Shown in pieces: positions 1 to 7,929 of a DNA stretch of 12,190 nucleotides; the first letter of the stretch is position 1, and each line of letters starts with the position of its first letter. Under the pieces are notes generated by a model. The model saw only the letters and a list, made by a program, of their open reading frames with translations, was not told the DNA's origin and searched no databases. This stretch comes from a virus (Duplodnaviria; Heunggongvirae; Uroviricota; Caudoviricetes), in IMG/VR virus record IMGVR_UViG_3300029086_000082; one strand, given 5' to 3'. Both the position numbers and the translations under genes were made by a program.

Positions 1-603
1 ATGAATAAAGCCGTATTAAATAACGAACTCATTGCCATAAAAGCGGGAGACATTATCATTTATAATTATGATGGTGAAACGCGTGAATATATTTCTACAT
101 CAACTGAATATCTCGCTGTCGGCGTCGGTATCCCGGCATGTTCTTGTTTGGATGCACCAGGTACACATAAAGCTGGTTATGCAATCTGTCGCTCTGTAGA
201 TTTAAATTCATGGGAATATGTGCCAGATCATCGTGGTGAAATCGTCTATAGCACCGAAACAGGAGAATCGAAAAAAATCACAGCTCCGGGTGATTATCCT
301 GAAAATACAACCACTATCGCCCCGTTAACGCCATACGATAAATGGAATGGTGAGAAATGGGTGACAGATACCGAGGCACAGCACGGCGCAGCAGTAGATG
401 CAGCAGAAGCACTGCGCCAGTCGCTGATTCATACTGCAATGGCCTCCATCAGTCTGATTCAACTGAAATTACAGGCCGGACGGAATCTGACGCAGGCAGA
501 AACAACCCGCCTTAACGCTGTGCTGGATTACATTGACGCGGTGACGGCAACAGATACCAGCACCGCGCCGGATGTCATCTGGCCTGAACTGCCGGAGGCG
601 TAG
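1..603 (+). CDS. tfa: Tail fibre assembly protein (Tfa/gpG/U-like chaperone), plus-orientation copy
   Basis: 200-aa ORF starting at the window's first base; C-terminal ...APDVIWPELPEA motif typical of Tfa proteins. Its 3' end overlaps a second, convergent tfa by 29 bp. Confidence 0.75.
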   Translation: MNKAVLNNELIAIKAGDIIIYNYDGETREYISTSTEYLAVGVGIPACSCLDAPGTHKAGYAICRSVDLNSWEYVPDHRGEIVYSTETGESKKITAPGDYPENTTTIAPLTPYDKWNGEKWVTDTEAQHGAAVDAAEALRQSLIHTAMASISLIQLKLQAGRNLTQAETTRLNAVLDYIDAVTATDTSTAPDVIWPELPEA

Positions 604-1018
604 GCCATTCAATATCTGGCGCACCGGAAGTATCGATCAGCTCCAGTGCGTCCAGATAATCCAGCCACAAATTATATTGCGCCAGTTCATCATCTTTCAG
701 ACGACCAATAGCGGCTTTACCGGGCCATTGCTTACTGTTCATGTATTCGTTGGCCTGGTTAATTAGTAGCTGTCTTTCTGATTCAGTAATTTCAATAAGC
801 TCTTCATGCGTGGGTGGAGGAATATCTGCCCACGCAGGCATCCCATCATCTCCGGCAATACGGATTTTTCCTTGTGGCGGTTCAGCCATAAACTCACTGA
901 TAATATTTTGATTCACCTCCTTTGCATCTGATAAATCCCATCCCTCTGATTTATATTTATCAATCATATCCACAGGGAAAAAAGCATTATTCCTTGCGCT
1001 ATAAACATATTCGTTCAT
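575..1018 (-). CDS. tfa: Tail fibre assembly protein, alternative copy in inverted orientation
   Basis: Minus-strand ORF with Tfa-like N-terminus (MNEYVYSARNNAFFP...) and C-terminal APDIEWPTPP motif. ATG at 1018-1016 is preceded by AGGGTGA; the ORF track's longer start at 1027 is a GTG. It sits 11 nt downstream of the minus-strand fibre C-terminal ORF. Confidence 0.75.
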   Translation of the reverse strand: MNEYVYSARNNAFFPVDMIDKYKSEGWDLSDAKEVNQNIISEFMAEPPQGKIRIAGDDGMPAWADIPPPTHEELIEITESERQLLINQANEYMNSKQWPGKAAIGRLKDDELAQYNLWLDYLDALELIDTSGAPDIEWPTPPAVQAR

Positions 1019-1038
1019 ATAAATCACCCTGAATAAAA

Positions 1039-1424
1039 TTACTCACCAACAGCCCACCAACTGTAATTCATCGATACTGTGGAACTGGTTGATGCAGTTC
1101 TGTAAGCGGAATTAAAACCGGTTAATGTTGGGCCTTCTGCGGTCATCACGAATCCCCGCCCAGCACCTAAAGGCGCACCACCATCACCAGAATGAGTAAG
1201 CATGGCGCAGTCCACTTTTTTAGGAAAAGGGATGCTGAATGTAATTCTCATTGTTTGCGTCGATAATGTCGGCGTAACCGCACCACGACCATATTGCAGG
1301 ATTTTCCCGTTGGGTAATTTCATCCATCCATCACCACTGGCAAAAGAGGCCATGTCCGGTATCTGATTTTCCCCTGTCCCCACATCCCGTTTTGCCGCTT
1401 CTCCCAAACCAACGTTTATGAAAA
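1039..1424 (-). CDS. Alternative tail-fibre C-terminal (receptor-binding) variable domain, promoterless; expressed only after inversion fuses it to the constant fibre 5' part
   Basis: Minus-strand ORF, Gly/Ser/Thr-rich (..HSGDGGAPLGAGRGF..), directly upstream of a tfa on the same strand. The ORF reads through the crossover site (residues IFINVGLGE), so the N-terminal MMPVSHYLC of the track ORF is probably read-through, not a real start. Confidence 0.6.
1399..1424. repeat. Invertase crossover site (hix/gix/pix-like), right boundary of the invertible segment
   Basis: TTCTCCCAAACC-AA-CGTTTATGAAAA: two imperfect 12-bp inverted half-sites around a central AA dinucleotide with the AAACC..GGTTT-type core, 55 bp upstream of the invertase start. 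Confidence 0.6.
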
Positions 1425-1479
1425 TGCAGAGATAATGGCTAACTGGCATCATCCCCGGTTTTTATTCAGGGGGTTGATC

Positions 1480-2046
1480 ATGCTAATTGGCTATGTACGC
1501 GTGTCAACAAATGACCAGAACACCGATTTGCAACGTAATGCACTGAACTGCGCGGGATGTGAGCGGATTTTTGAGGACAAAATCAGTGGCACTAAGTCCG
1601 ACAGACCGGGGCTTAAAAAACTGCTCAGGACACTATCGGCAGGTGACACACTGGTTGTCTGGAAGCTGGACAGGTTGGGGCGCAGTATGCGGCATCTTGT
1701 TACGCTGATAGAAGAGTTGCGCCAGCGCGGCGTGAATTTCCGAAGCCTGACTGACAGTATTGATACCAGTACCCCAATGGGCCGTTTCTTTTTTCATGTC
1801 ATGGGTGCCCTGGCTGAAATGGAACGCGAACTGATAGTTGAACGTACCAGGGCAGGGCTGGCTGCAGCTCGTGCTAAAGGCAGAGTAGGTGGACGCCGTC
1901 CTAAGTTGACCACCGAACAGTGGGCACAGATTGGGCGTTTACTTGAGGCCGGAGAATCAAGACAGCGTATTGCACTGATTTTTGATGTAGGCGTTTCTAC
2001 TATTTATAGAAAATTTCCGGCAAATAAGAGCAATGAATCTCCCTGA
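1480..2046 (+). CDS. Site-specific DNA invertase, serine recombinase of the Gin/Pin/Hin/Cin family
   Basis: Starts MLIGYVRVSTNDQ (catalytic Ser motif) and has the conserved core VVWKLDRLGRSMRHL...SLTDSIDTSTPMGRFFFHVMGALAEMERELIVERT plus a C-terminal HTH (IALIFDVGVSTIYRKF). AGGGGG lies upstream of the ATG at 1480; the track start at 1435 adds 15 non-conserved residues. Confidence 0.9.
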   Translation: MLIGYVRVSTNDQNTDLQRNALNCAGCERIFEDKISGTKSDRPGLKKLLRTLSAGDTLVVWKLDRLGRSMRHLVTLIEELRQRGVNFRSLTDSIDTSTPMGRFFFHVMGALAEMERELIVERTRAGLAAARAKGRVGGRRPKLTTEQWAQIGRLLEAGESRQRIALIFDVGVSTIYRKFPANKSNESP

Positions 2047-2094
2047 ATCAGCATTATTTTGATTATCCCTGCAAGCAGACAAATACCGTCATTT

Positions 2095-2112
2095 TGTGTG
2101 AATAACGGTACA
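2095..2112 (+). promoter_or_regulatory. Candidate Ogr-dependent late-promoter activator site (TGT-N12-ACA) for the FI operon
   Basis: TGTgtgaataacggtACA is the only TGT-N12-ACA in the 143-bp gap, centred about 86 bp upstream of the FI ATG, consistent with an activator site near -55 of a P2-type late promoter. Confidence 0.5.
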
Positions 2113-2188
2113 ACTGCGCTTAGCTGTTTGTCAGGCACAATCACTTCAACATAGGGCGAAGCCTAATCCAATCAGGAGGTTCGCCACT

Positions 2189-3361
2189 ATGGCTCAGGAT
2201 TACCACCACGGGGTGCGCGTTGTTGAAGTCAACGAAGGCACCCGATCCATTACCACGGTGAGCACCGCCATCGTGGGTATGGTCTGCACGGGCGATGATG
2301 CCGATGCAAAAATGTTTCCTCTTAATAAACCCGTGCTGATCACTGATGTGCTGACTGCCAGCGGTAAAGCGGGTGAGTCCGGCACGTTGGCCAGTTCGCT
2401 GGATGCCATTTCTGACCAGGCAAAACCCGTGACCGTTGTTGTGCGTGTGCCGCAGGGTGAAACGGAAGAAGAAACCACGACCAATATCATCGGCGCAGTG
2501 ACCGCTGAAGGTAAAAAAACTGGCATGAAAGCCCTGTTATCTGCACAGGCACAGCTCGGCGTTAAACCGCGCATTCTTGGCGTGCCAGGTCACGATAACA
2601 AAGCCGTTGCTACTGAGTTGCTGAGTGTGGCGCAAAGCCTGCGTGGGTTTGCCTACCTGTCAGCATATGGCTGCAAGACGGTACAGGAGGCGATCACTTA
2701 CCGTGAAAACTTCAGCCAGCGCGAAGGAATGCTGATCTGGCCTGACTTTACTGGCTGGGACACGGTGCTGAATGCCGAAGCAACGGCTTATGCCACCGCC
2801 CGTGCACTTGGTCTGCGCGCCAAAATTGACGAGCAGACCGGATGGCACAAAAGCCTGTCCAACGTGGGCGTGAACGGTGTCACCGGAATTTCTGCTGATG
2901 TGTTCTGGGATCTGCAGGACCCGGCAACCGATGCAGGTCTGCTGAACCAGAACGACGTCACCACGCTTGTGCGTAAAGACGGTTTCCGCTTCTGGGGTTC
3001 CCGCAGCCTGAGTGATGACCCGCTCTTTGCCTTCGAAAACTACACCCGCACGGCGCAGGTGCTCATGGACACGATGGCAGAAGCACACATGTGGGCGGTG
3101 GATAAACCGCTTAACCCGTCGCTGGCCCGCGACATTATCGAAGGTATCCGCGCCAAAATACGCAGCCTGGTCAGTCAGGGCTATCTCATTGGTGGTGATT
3201 GCTGGCTGGATGAGTCGGTGAACGACAAAGACACGTTGAAAGCCGGAAAACTCACCATCGACTATGACTACACGCCAGTGCCGCCACTTGAAAATCTGAT
3301 GCTGCGCCAGCGCATCACCGATCAGTACCTGGTGAATTTTGCCAGCCAGGTCAGCGCGTAA
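2189..3361 (+). CDS. FI: Contractile tail sheath protein (P2 gpFI homologue)
   Basis: 390 aa with P2 FI-like motifs ([19 protein letters not shown]..., ...[22 protein letters not shown]...); AGGAGG 7 nt upstream of the ATG. Confidence 0.95.
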   Translation: MAQDYHHGVRVVEVNEGTRSITTVSTAIVGMVCTGDDADAKMFPLNKPVLITDVLTASGKAGESGTLASSLDAISDQAKPVTVVVRVPQGETEEETTTNIIGAVTAEGKKTGMKALLSAQAQLGVKPRILGVPGHDNKAVATELLSVAQSLRGFAYLSAYGCKTVQEAITYRENFSQREGMLIWPDFTGWDTVLNAEATAYATARALGLRAKIDEQTGWHKSLSNVGVNGVTGISADVFWDLQDPATDAGLLNQNDVTTLVRKDGFRFWGSRSLSDDPLFAFENYTRTAQVLMDTMAEAHMWAVDKPLNPSLARDIIEGIRAKIRSLVSQGYLIGGDCWLDESVNDKDTLKAGKLTIDYDYTPVPPLENLMLRQRITDQYLVNFASQVSA

Positions 3362-3370
3362 GGGGACAAC

Positions 3371-3886
3371 ATGGCTTTACCACGCAAATTAAAACATCTG
3401 AACCTGTTTAACGACGGGAACAACTGGCAGGGGATCGTAGAGTCGCTGACGCTGCCGAAATTCACCCGCAAATATGAGAAGTATCGCGGCGGCGGAATGC
3501 CGGGGGCGGTGGATGTGGATCTGGGGCTTGATGACAGTGCTCTGGACACAGAATTTTCCATTGGTGGTACTGAACTGCTGCTGTTTAAGCAGATGGGCAA
3601 AGCCACTGTGGATGGCATCCAGTTGCGCTTTACCGGCTCTATCCAGCGTGACGATACCGGGGAAGTGCAGGCTGTGGAGCTTGTGGTGCGTGGACGTCAC
3701 AAAGAAGTGGATTCCGGCGAGTGGAAGACGGGCGAAAGCAACACCACCAAAGTGACCAGTACCAACAGCTACGCGAAGCTGACTATTAATGGTGAGGTGC
3801 TCTATGAAGTGGACCTTATCAACATGGTGGAAATTGTGGACGGTGTGGACCTGATGGAAGCGCACCGCAACGCCCTCGGCCTCTGA
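3371..3886 (+). CDS. FII: Tail tube protein (P2 gpFII homologue)
   Basis: 171 aa beginning MALPRKLKHLNLFNDG..., immediately downstream of FI; P2 FII-like length and sequence. Confidence 0.95.
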   Translation: MALPRKLKHLNLFNDGNNWQGIVESLTLPKFTRKYEKYRGGGMPGAVDVDLGLDDSALDTEFSIGGTELLLFKQMGKATVDGIQLRFTGSIQRDDTGEVQAVELVVRGRHKEVDSGEWKTGESNTTKVTSTNSYAKLTINGEVLYEVDLINMVEIVDGVDLMEAHRNALGL

Positions 3887-3897
3887 TGTATCTGAAC

Positions 3898-3915
3898 GGC
3901 GCGGAATGCCGCGCC
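3898..3915 (+). other. GC-rich hairpin between FII and E (possible intra-operon attenuator or RNA-stability element)
   Basis: GGCGCGG-aatg-CCGCGCC, a perfect 7-bp G/C stem with a 4-nt loop; no U-tract follows on the plus strand. Confidence 0.3.
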
Positions 3916-3940
3916 AGAACCCAATTTACAGGACAGCAAA

Positions 3941-4243
3941 ATGAGCGATAAGCAGACTGAAAAGACCATTCAACTGGATACCCCCATCATGCGTGGTAAA
4001 ACTGAAATCACCGAAATTGTGCTGCGTAAACCGCAGTCCGGTGCGCTGCGCGGTACACGCCTGCAGGCCATTATGGATATGGATGTGAACGCGATGATGA
4101 CCGTGATCCCCCGCATTTCCAGTCCGGCACTGACTGCACAGGAAATTGCAGAGATGGACCCGGCAGATCTCACTGCCATGTCGGTTGAGGTTGTCACTTT
4201 TTTGTTGAAGAAGTCGGTGCTTGCCGGTTTACCGACAGCCTGA
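3941..4243 (+). CDS. E: Tail assembly chaperone (P2 gpE homologue)
   Basis: 100-aa ORF between the tail tube and tape-measure genes; contains a slippery heptamer near its 3' end. Confidence 0.9.
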   Translation: MSDKQTEKTIQLDTPIMRGKTEITEIVLRKPQSGALRGTRLQAIMDMDVNAMMTVIPRISSPALTAQEIAEMDPADLTAMSVEVVTFLLKKSVLAGLPTA

Positions 4244-4377
4244 CGGTTGACGATCTGGTGGCAGATATCGCCACCATTTTTCACTGGCCGCCATCCGTTA
4301 CAGACGTTATGCCGCTGACCGAAGTGCTGGAATGGCGGTATAAAGCAATTCAGAGAAGCGGGGCCAACGATGAGTGA
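3941..4377 (+). CDS. E+E': gpE+E' fusion chaperone made by programmed -1 ribosomal frameshift (slip at 4198-4204)
   Basis: Heptamer T-TTT-TTG at 4198-4204 in the E frame. The -1 frame stays open from there to TGA at 4375-4377 (...FHWPPSVTDVMPLTEVLEWRYKAIQRSGANDE), overlapping the T start; analogous to P2 E/E' and lambda G/GT. Confidence 0.7.
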
Positions 4378-7300
4378 TAATAACCTGCGCCTGCAGGTCA
4401 TTCTTAATGCGGTTGACAAACTCACCCGCCCATTCCGTGCTGCACAGGCCAGCTCGAAAGAGCTGGCTGGCGCAATCAGAAACTCCCGTGACGCATTAAA
4501 GCAACTCAATCAGGCGGGTAACAGCCTGGAAAAATTTCGCAAGCTGCAGGCCGATAACAAGAAGTTAGGCGACAGGCTGAACTATGCCAGACAGAAGGCC
4601 AATTTGCTTAGCTCTGAGCTGGAGGCGATGGAACAACCATCACAACGGCACCTTGTGGCTTTAGGTCGGCAAACGCTGGCAGTCCAACGCCTGGAAGAAC
4701 AACAAAAATATTTGCAGAAGCAAACGGCGCTTGTGCGTGCAGAACTGTACCGGGCGGGAATTTCTGCGAAAGACGATGCGGGAGCAACCGCCCGTTTAGC
4801 CCGTGAAACATCACGTTATAACCAGGAACTTTCGAAACAGGAGACGCGGCTGAAGCGACTGGGGGAAGCTCAGCGCAGGATGAATGCAGCGCGTGCCAGT
4901 TATGCCCGTTCGCTGGAGGTGCGTGATCGTATTGCAGGTGCCGGAGCCACTACCACGGCTGCAGGGCTGGCAATGGGCGCGCCAGTGATGGCGGCAGTAA
5001 AAAGCTATACCAGCATGGAAGATGCCATGAAAGGTGTGGCAAAGCAGGTCAATGGTCTGCGTGACGATAATGGCAACCGCACTGCACGTTTTTATGAAAT
5101 GCAGGATGCCATCAAGGCTGCCAGCGAACAGTTGCCGATGGAAAACGGTACGGTGGACTTCGCTGCACTGGTTGAAGGTGGTGCGCGTATGAACGTCGCA
5201 AACCCTGACGACAGCTGGGAAGACCAGAAACGTGACCTGCTGGCCTTCGCCAGTACGGCGGCAAAGGCGGCAACAGCCTTTGAGCTGCCAGCGGATGAAC
5301 TGTCAGAAAGTCTGGGGAAAATCGCCCAGCTCTACAAAATCCCTACCCGCAATATTGAACAGCTCGGCGATGCGCTGAACTATCTGGATGATAACGCCAT
5401 GTCGAAAGGGGCAGACATCATTGATGTGATGCAACGTCTGGGCGGTGTGGCTGACCGTCTGGATTATCGTAAAGCGGCGGCGCTGGGTTCCACCTTCCTG
5501 ACACTGGGCGCTGCGCCAGAGGTTGCAGCCAGTGCAGCAAACGCGATGGTGCGTGAATTGTCCATTGCCACCATGCAAAGCAAGAGTTTCTTTGAAGGGA
5601 TGAATCTGCTGAAACTCAATCCTGAAGTGATTGAAAAGCAGATGACGAAGGATGCGATGGGAACTATCCAGCGTGTGCTGGAGAAGGTGAACGCACTGCC
5701 GCAGGACAAGCGTCTGTCTGCCATGACCATGTTGTTTGGTAAAGAGTTTGGCGATGACGCGGCGAAACTGGCAAACAACCTGCCGGAACTACAGCGCCAG
5801 CTAAAACTGACTGCGGGCAATGATGCGCTCGGTTCCATGCAGAAAGAATCCGACATCAACAAAGACTCACTTTCTGCGCAGTGGTTGCTGGTCAAAACCG
5901 GAGCGCAGAACACCTTCAGCAGCCTGGGCGAAACGCTGCGCCAGCCGCTGATGGATATTCTGTACACGGTGAAAAGCATTACGGGGGCGTTGCGCCGCTG
6001 GGTGGAAGCTAACCCAGAACTGACAGGCACACTGATGAAAGTAGCGGCTGTTGTGGCTGCGGTTACCGTAGGCCTCGGCACCTTAGCGGTGGCGCTGGCT
6101 GCAGTGCTGGGGCCGCTGGCAGTGATCCGTCTGGGATTCTCTGTGCTGGGTATCAAAACGTTACCTTCCGTTACGGCAGCAGTAACTCGAACCAGCAGCG
6201 CGTTGTCCTGGCTGGCTGGCGCACCACTGGCACTGCTGCGACGCGGGCTTGCTTCATCGGGCAACGCCGCAGGCTTACTTACTGCTCCGTTGTCGTCTTT
6301 GCGCCGCACGGCATCACTGACGGGAAATGTCCTGAAAACTGTAGCAGGTGCGCCGGTTGCACTGTTGCGGTCTGGATTATCCGGTTTACGTGCGGTTGCT
6401 GTGATGTTTATGAATCCACTGGCAGCACTACGCGACGGGCTGGCTGCCGCAGGCACGGTGCTGCGAGTACTGGCATCCGGTCCGCTGGCGATGTTGCGCG
6501 TTGCCCTGTATGCCGTATCTGGTCTGTTAGGTGCTCTGCTTAGTCCGATAGGTCTTGTGGTTACTGCACTGGCGGGTGTGGCACTGGTTGTCTGGAAATA
6601 CTGGCAACCCATCACCGCATTTCTCGGTGGCGTGGTGGAAGGATTCAAAGCGGCGGCAGGTCCCATCAGTGCAGCGTTCGAACCGCTTAAGCCTGTGTTC
6701 CAGTGGATTGGCGACAAAGTGCAGGCGCTGTGGGGCTGGTTTACTGATCTGCTGACGCCCGTTAAGTCGACCTCTGCCGAACTGCAGAGCGCAGCGGCAA
6801 TGGGGCGACGATTCGGGGAGGTACTGGTGGAAGGGCTGAATATGGTTATGCATCCGCTGGACTCCCTGAAATCTGGCGTTTCCTGGTTGCTGGATAAACT
6901 CGGCATTGTCAGTAAAGAGGCTGCAAAGGCGAAACTGCCGGAAAGCGTGACGCGTCAGCAACCTGCGACGGTGAATGCAGACGGTAAAGTGATGATGCCA
7001 TCGGGTGGTTTTCCGTCATGGGGATATGGCTTTGCGGGGATGTATGACAGCGGCGGCTATATCCCGCGCGGGCAGTTTGGCATCGTCGGTGAAAACGGGC
7101 CAGAAATTGTTAACGGCCCGGCAAACGTGACCAGCCGGAGAAATACAGCTGCACTGGCTGCCGTTGTCGCCGGAATGATGGGTGTTGCTGCCGCGCCAGC
7201 AGAGCTTCCACCGTTGCATCCTTTGGCGCTTCCCGCGAAAGGCGGTGAAGCGATGGTGAGTCGTGCAGCTACTGTGCCGCCCATTTACCGGATTGAAGCA

Positions 7301-7447
7301 CCGACGCAGATCATCATTCAGACGCAGCCAGGACAAAGTGCGCAGGATATTGCGCGGGAGGTGGCACGCCAGCTTGATGAACGTGAACGCAGGCTGAAGG
7401 CAAAAGCCAGGAGTAACTACAGCGATCAGGGGGGATACGACGCATGA
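4370..7447 (+). CDS. T: Tail tape-measure protein (P2 gpT homologue)
   Basis: 1025 aa, between the chaperone and U. Coiled-coil-like N-terminal region, a central Ala/Leu-rich repeated hydrophobic region and a Gly-rich C-terminus. Its stop overlaps the U start (ATGA). Confidence 0.95.
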   Translation: MSDNNLRLQVILNAVDKLTRPFRAAQASSKELAGAIRNSRDALKQLNQAGNSLEKFRKLQADNKKLGDRLNYARQKANLLSSELEAMEQPSQRHLVALGRQTLAVQRLEEQQKYLQKQTALVRAELYRAGISAKDDAGATARLARETSRYNQELSKQETRLKRLGEAQRRMNAARASYARSLEVRDRIAGAGATTTAAGLAMGAPVMAAVKSYTSMEDAMKGVAKQVNGLRDDNGNRTARFYEMQDAIKAASEQLPMENGTVDFAALVEGGARMNVANPDDSWEDQKRDLLAFASTAAKAATAFELPADELSESLGKIAQLYKIPTRNIEQLGDALNYLDDNAMSKGADIIDVMQRLGGVADRLDYRKAAALGSTFLTLGAAPEVAASAANAMVRELSIATMQSKSFFEGMNLLKLNPEVIEKQMTKDAMGTIQRVLEKVNALPQDKRLSAMTMLFGKEFGDDAAKLANNLPELQRQLKLTAGNDALGSMQKESDINKDSLSAQWLLVKTGAQNTFSSLGETLRQPLMDILYTVKSITGALRRWVEANPELTGTLMKVAAVVAAVTVGLGTLAVALAAVLGPLAVIRLGFSVLGIKTLPSVTAAVTRTSSALSWLAGAPLALLRRGLASSGNAAGLLTAPLSSLRRTASLTGNVLKTVAGAPVALLRSGLSGLRAVAVMFMNPLAALRDGLAAAGTVLRVLASGPLAMLRVALYAVSGLLGALLSPIGLVVTALAGVALVVWKYWQPITAFLGGVVEGFKAAAGPISAAFEPLKPVFQWIGDKVQALWGWFTDLLTPVKSTSAELQSAAAMGRRFGEVLVEGLNMVMHPLDSLKSGVSWLLDKLGIVSKEAAKAKLPESVTRQQPATVNADGKVMMPSGGFPSWGYGFAGMYDSGGYIPRGQFGIVGENGPEIVNGPANVTSRRNTAALAAVVAGMMGVAAAPAELPPLHPLALPAKGGEAMVSRAATVPPIYRIEAPTQIIIQTQPGQSAQDIAREVARQLDERERRLKAKARSNYSDQGGYDA

Positions 7448-7929
7448 TGATGGTGCTGGGATTGTACGTGTTTATGCTGCGCACCGTTCCGTATCAGGAA
7501 CTGCAGTATCAACGCAGCTGGCGACATGCGGCAAACAGCCGGGTAAACCGACGTCCGTCCACGCAGTTTCTGGGACCGGACAACGACATGCTGACGCTTT
7601 CTGGTGTTCTTATGCCGGAGATAACGGGCGGCAGGCTGTCGTTGCTGGCTCTGGAGCAGATGGCAGAACAGGGAAAAGCATGGCCCCTGATTGAAGGCAG
7701 CGGCACGATTTACGGCATGTATGTGATTGAGGGACTGAATCTGACTAAAACGGAGTTTTTCCGCGACGGTATGCCGCGCCGGATTGAGTTCACCCTGTCG
7801 CTCAAACGGGTGGATGAATCCCTGTCCGATATGTTCGGTGATCTCAGTGCGCAGCTGAATAATCTGCAGGACACGGCAACGCCTGCCTTAAGCGATATCA
7901 GTAAAACGGTGGGAGGGCTGCTGTCGTGA
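7444..7929 (+). CDS. U: Tail protein (P2 gpU homologue)
   Basis: 161 aa, translationally coupled to T (ATGA) and to D (GTGA); position and size match P2 gpU. Confidence 0.9.
   Translation: MMMVLGLYVFMLRTVPYQELQYQRSWRHAANSRVNRRPSTQFLGPDNDMLTLSGVLMPEITGGRLSLLALEQMAEQGKAWPLIEGSGTIYGMYVIEGLNLTKTEFFRDGMPRRIEFTLSLKRVDESLSDMFGDLSAQLNNLQDTATPALSDISKTVGGLLS

Larger units (their letters stand above)
1..1424. other. Invertible tail-fibre segment (partial; left inverted repeat and the plus-strand fibre variable domain lie upstream of the window)
   Basis: Convergent pair of tfa genes, a minus-strand promoterless fibre C-terminal ORF, a crossover site at 1399-1424 and an adjacent invertase. This is the same layout as Mu G/gin, P1 C/cin and e14 P/pin. 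Confidence 0.6.

Noticed and set aside
572-766. 64-aa plus-strand ORF overlapping the minus-strand tfa
   Set aside because: Antisense to a supported tfa gene; no ribosome-binding site; Arg-rich low-complexity start.
1113-1126. Palindrome TTAAAACCGGTTAA resembling half of a hix-like core, as a possible extra recombination site (multi-inversion or shufflon-like)
   Set aside because: Lacks the 2-bp central spacer and the 12-bp half-site structure; it sits in the middle of the fibre variable domain. Most likely chance.
1435-1479. Upstream extension of the invertase ORF (MANWHHPRFLFRGLI)
   Set aside because: The conserved invertase N-terminus begins at MLIGYVRVS (1480) with AGGGGG upstream; the extension would run into the crossover-site region.
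2047-2188. Hidden defence or accessory gene at the P2 Z/fun hotspot between invertase and FI
   Set aside because: The gap is only 143 bp and is accounted for by the late-promoter motif and FI ribosome-binding site; there is no ORF of meaningful size.
2200-3088. Minus-strand ORFs 2200..2574 and 2660..3088 inside FI, plus 3012..3221 on the plus strand in another frame
   Set aside because: Fully contained within the tail sheath gene, with no Shine-Dalgarno sequence and no recognisable protein features.
3322-3865. ORFs 3322..3618 and 3389..3865 (minus) and 3474..3755 (plus, other frame) overlapping FII
   Set aside because: Shadow ORFs within the tail tube gene; the annotated frame has strong homology support and the alternatives have none.
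5464-6906. 480-aa minus-strand ORF inside the tape-measure gene (also 6527..6961, 5303..5578, 7016..7336 and 7057..7284 on the minus strand, and 6555..6755 on the plus strand in another frame)
   Set aside because: Lies entirely within a well-supported gene; the translation is low-complexity (Pro/Ser/Thr/Ala-rich) with no start context. Typical shadow ORFs of a GC-rich, Ala-rich gene.
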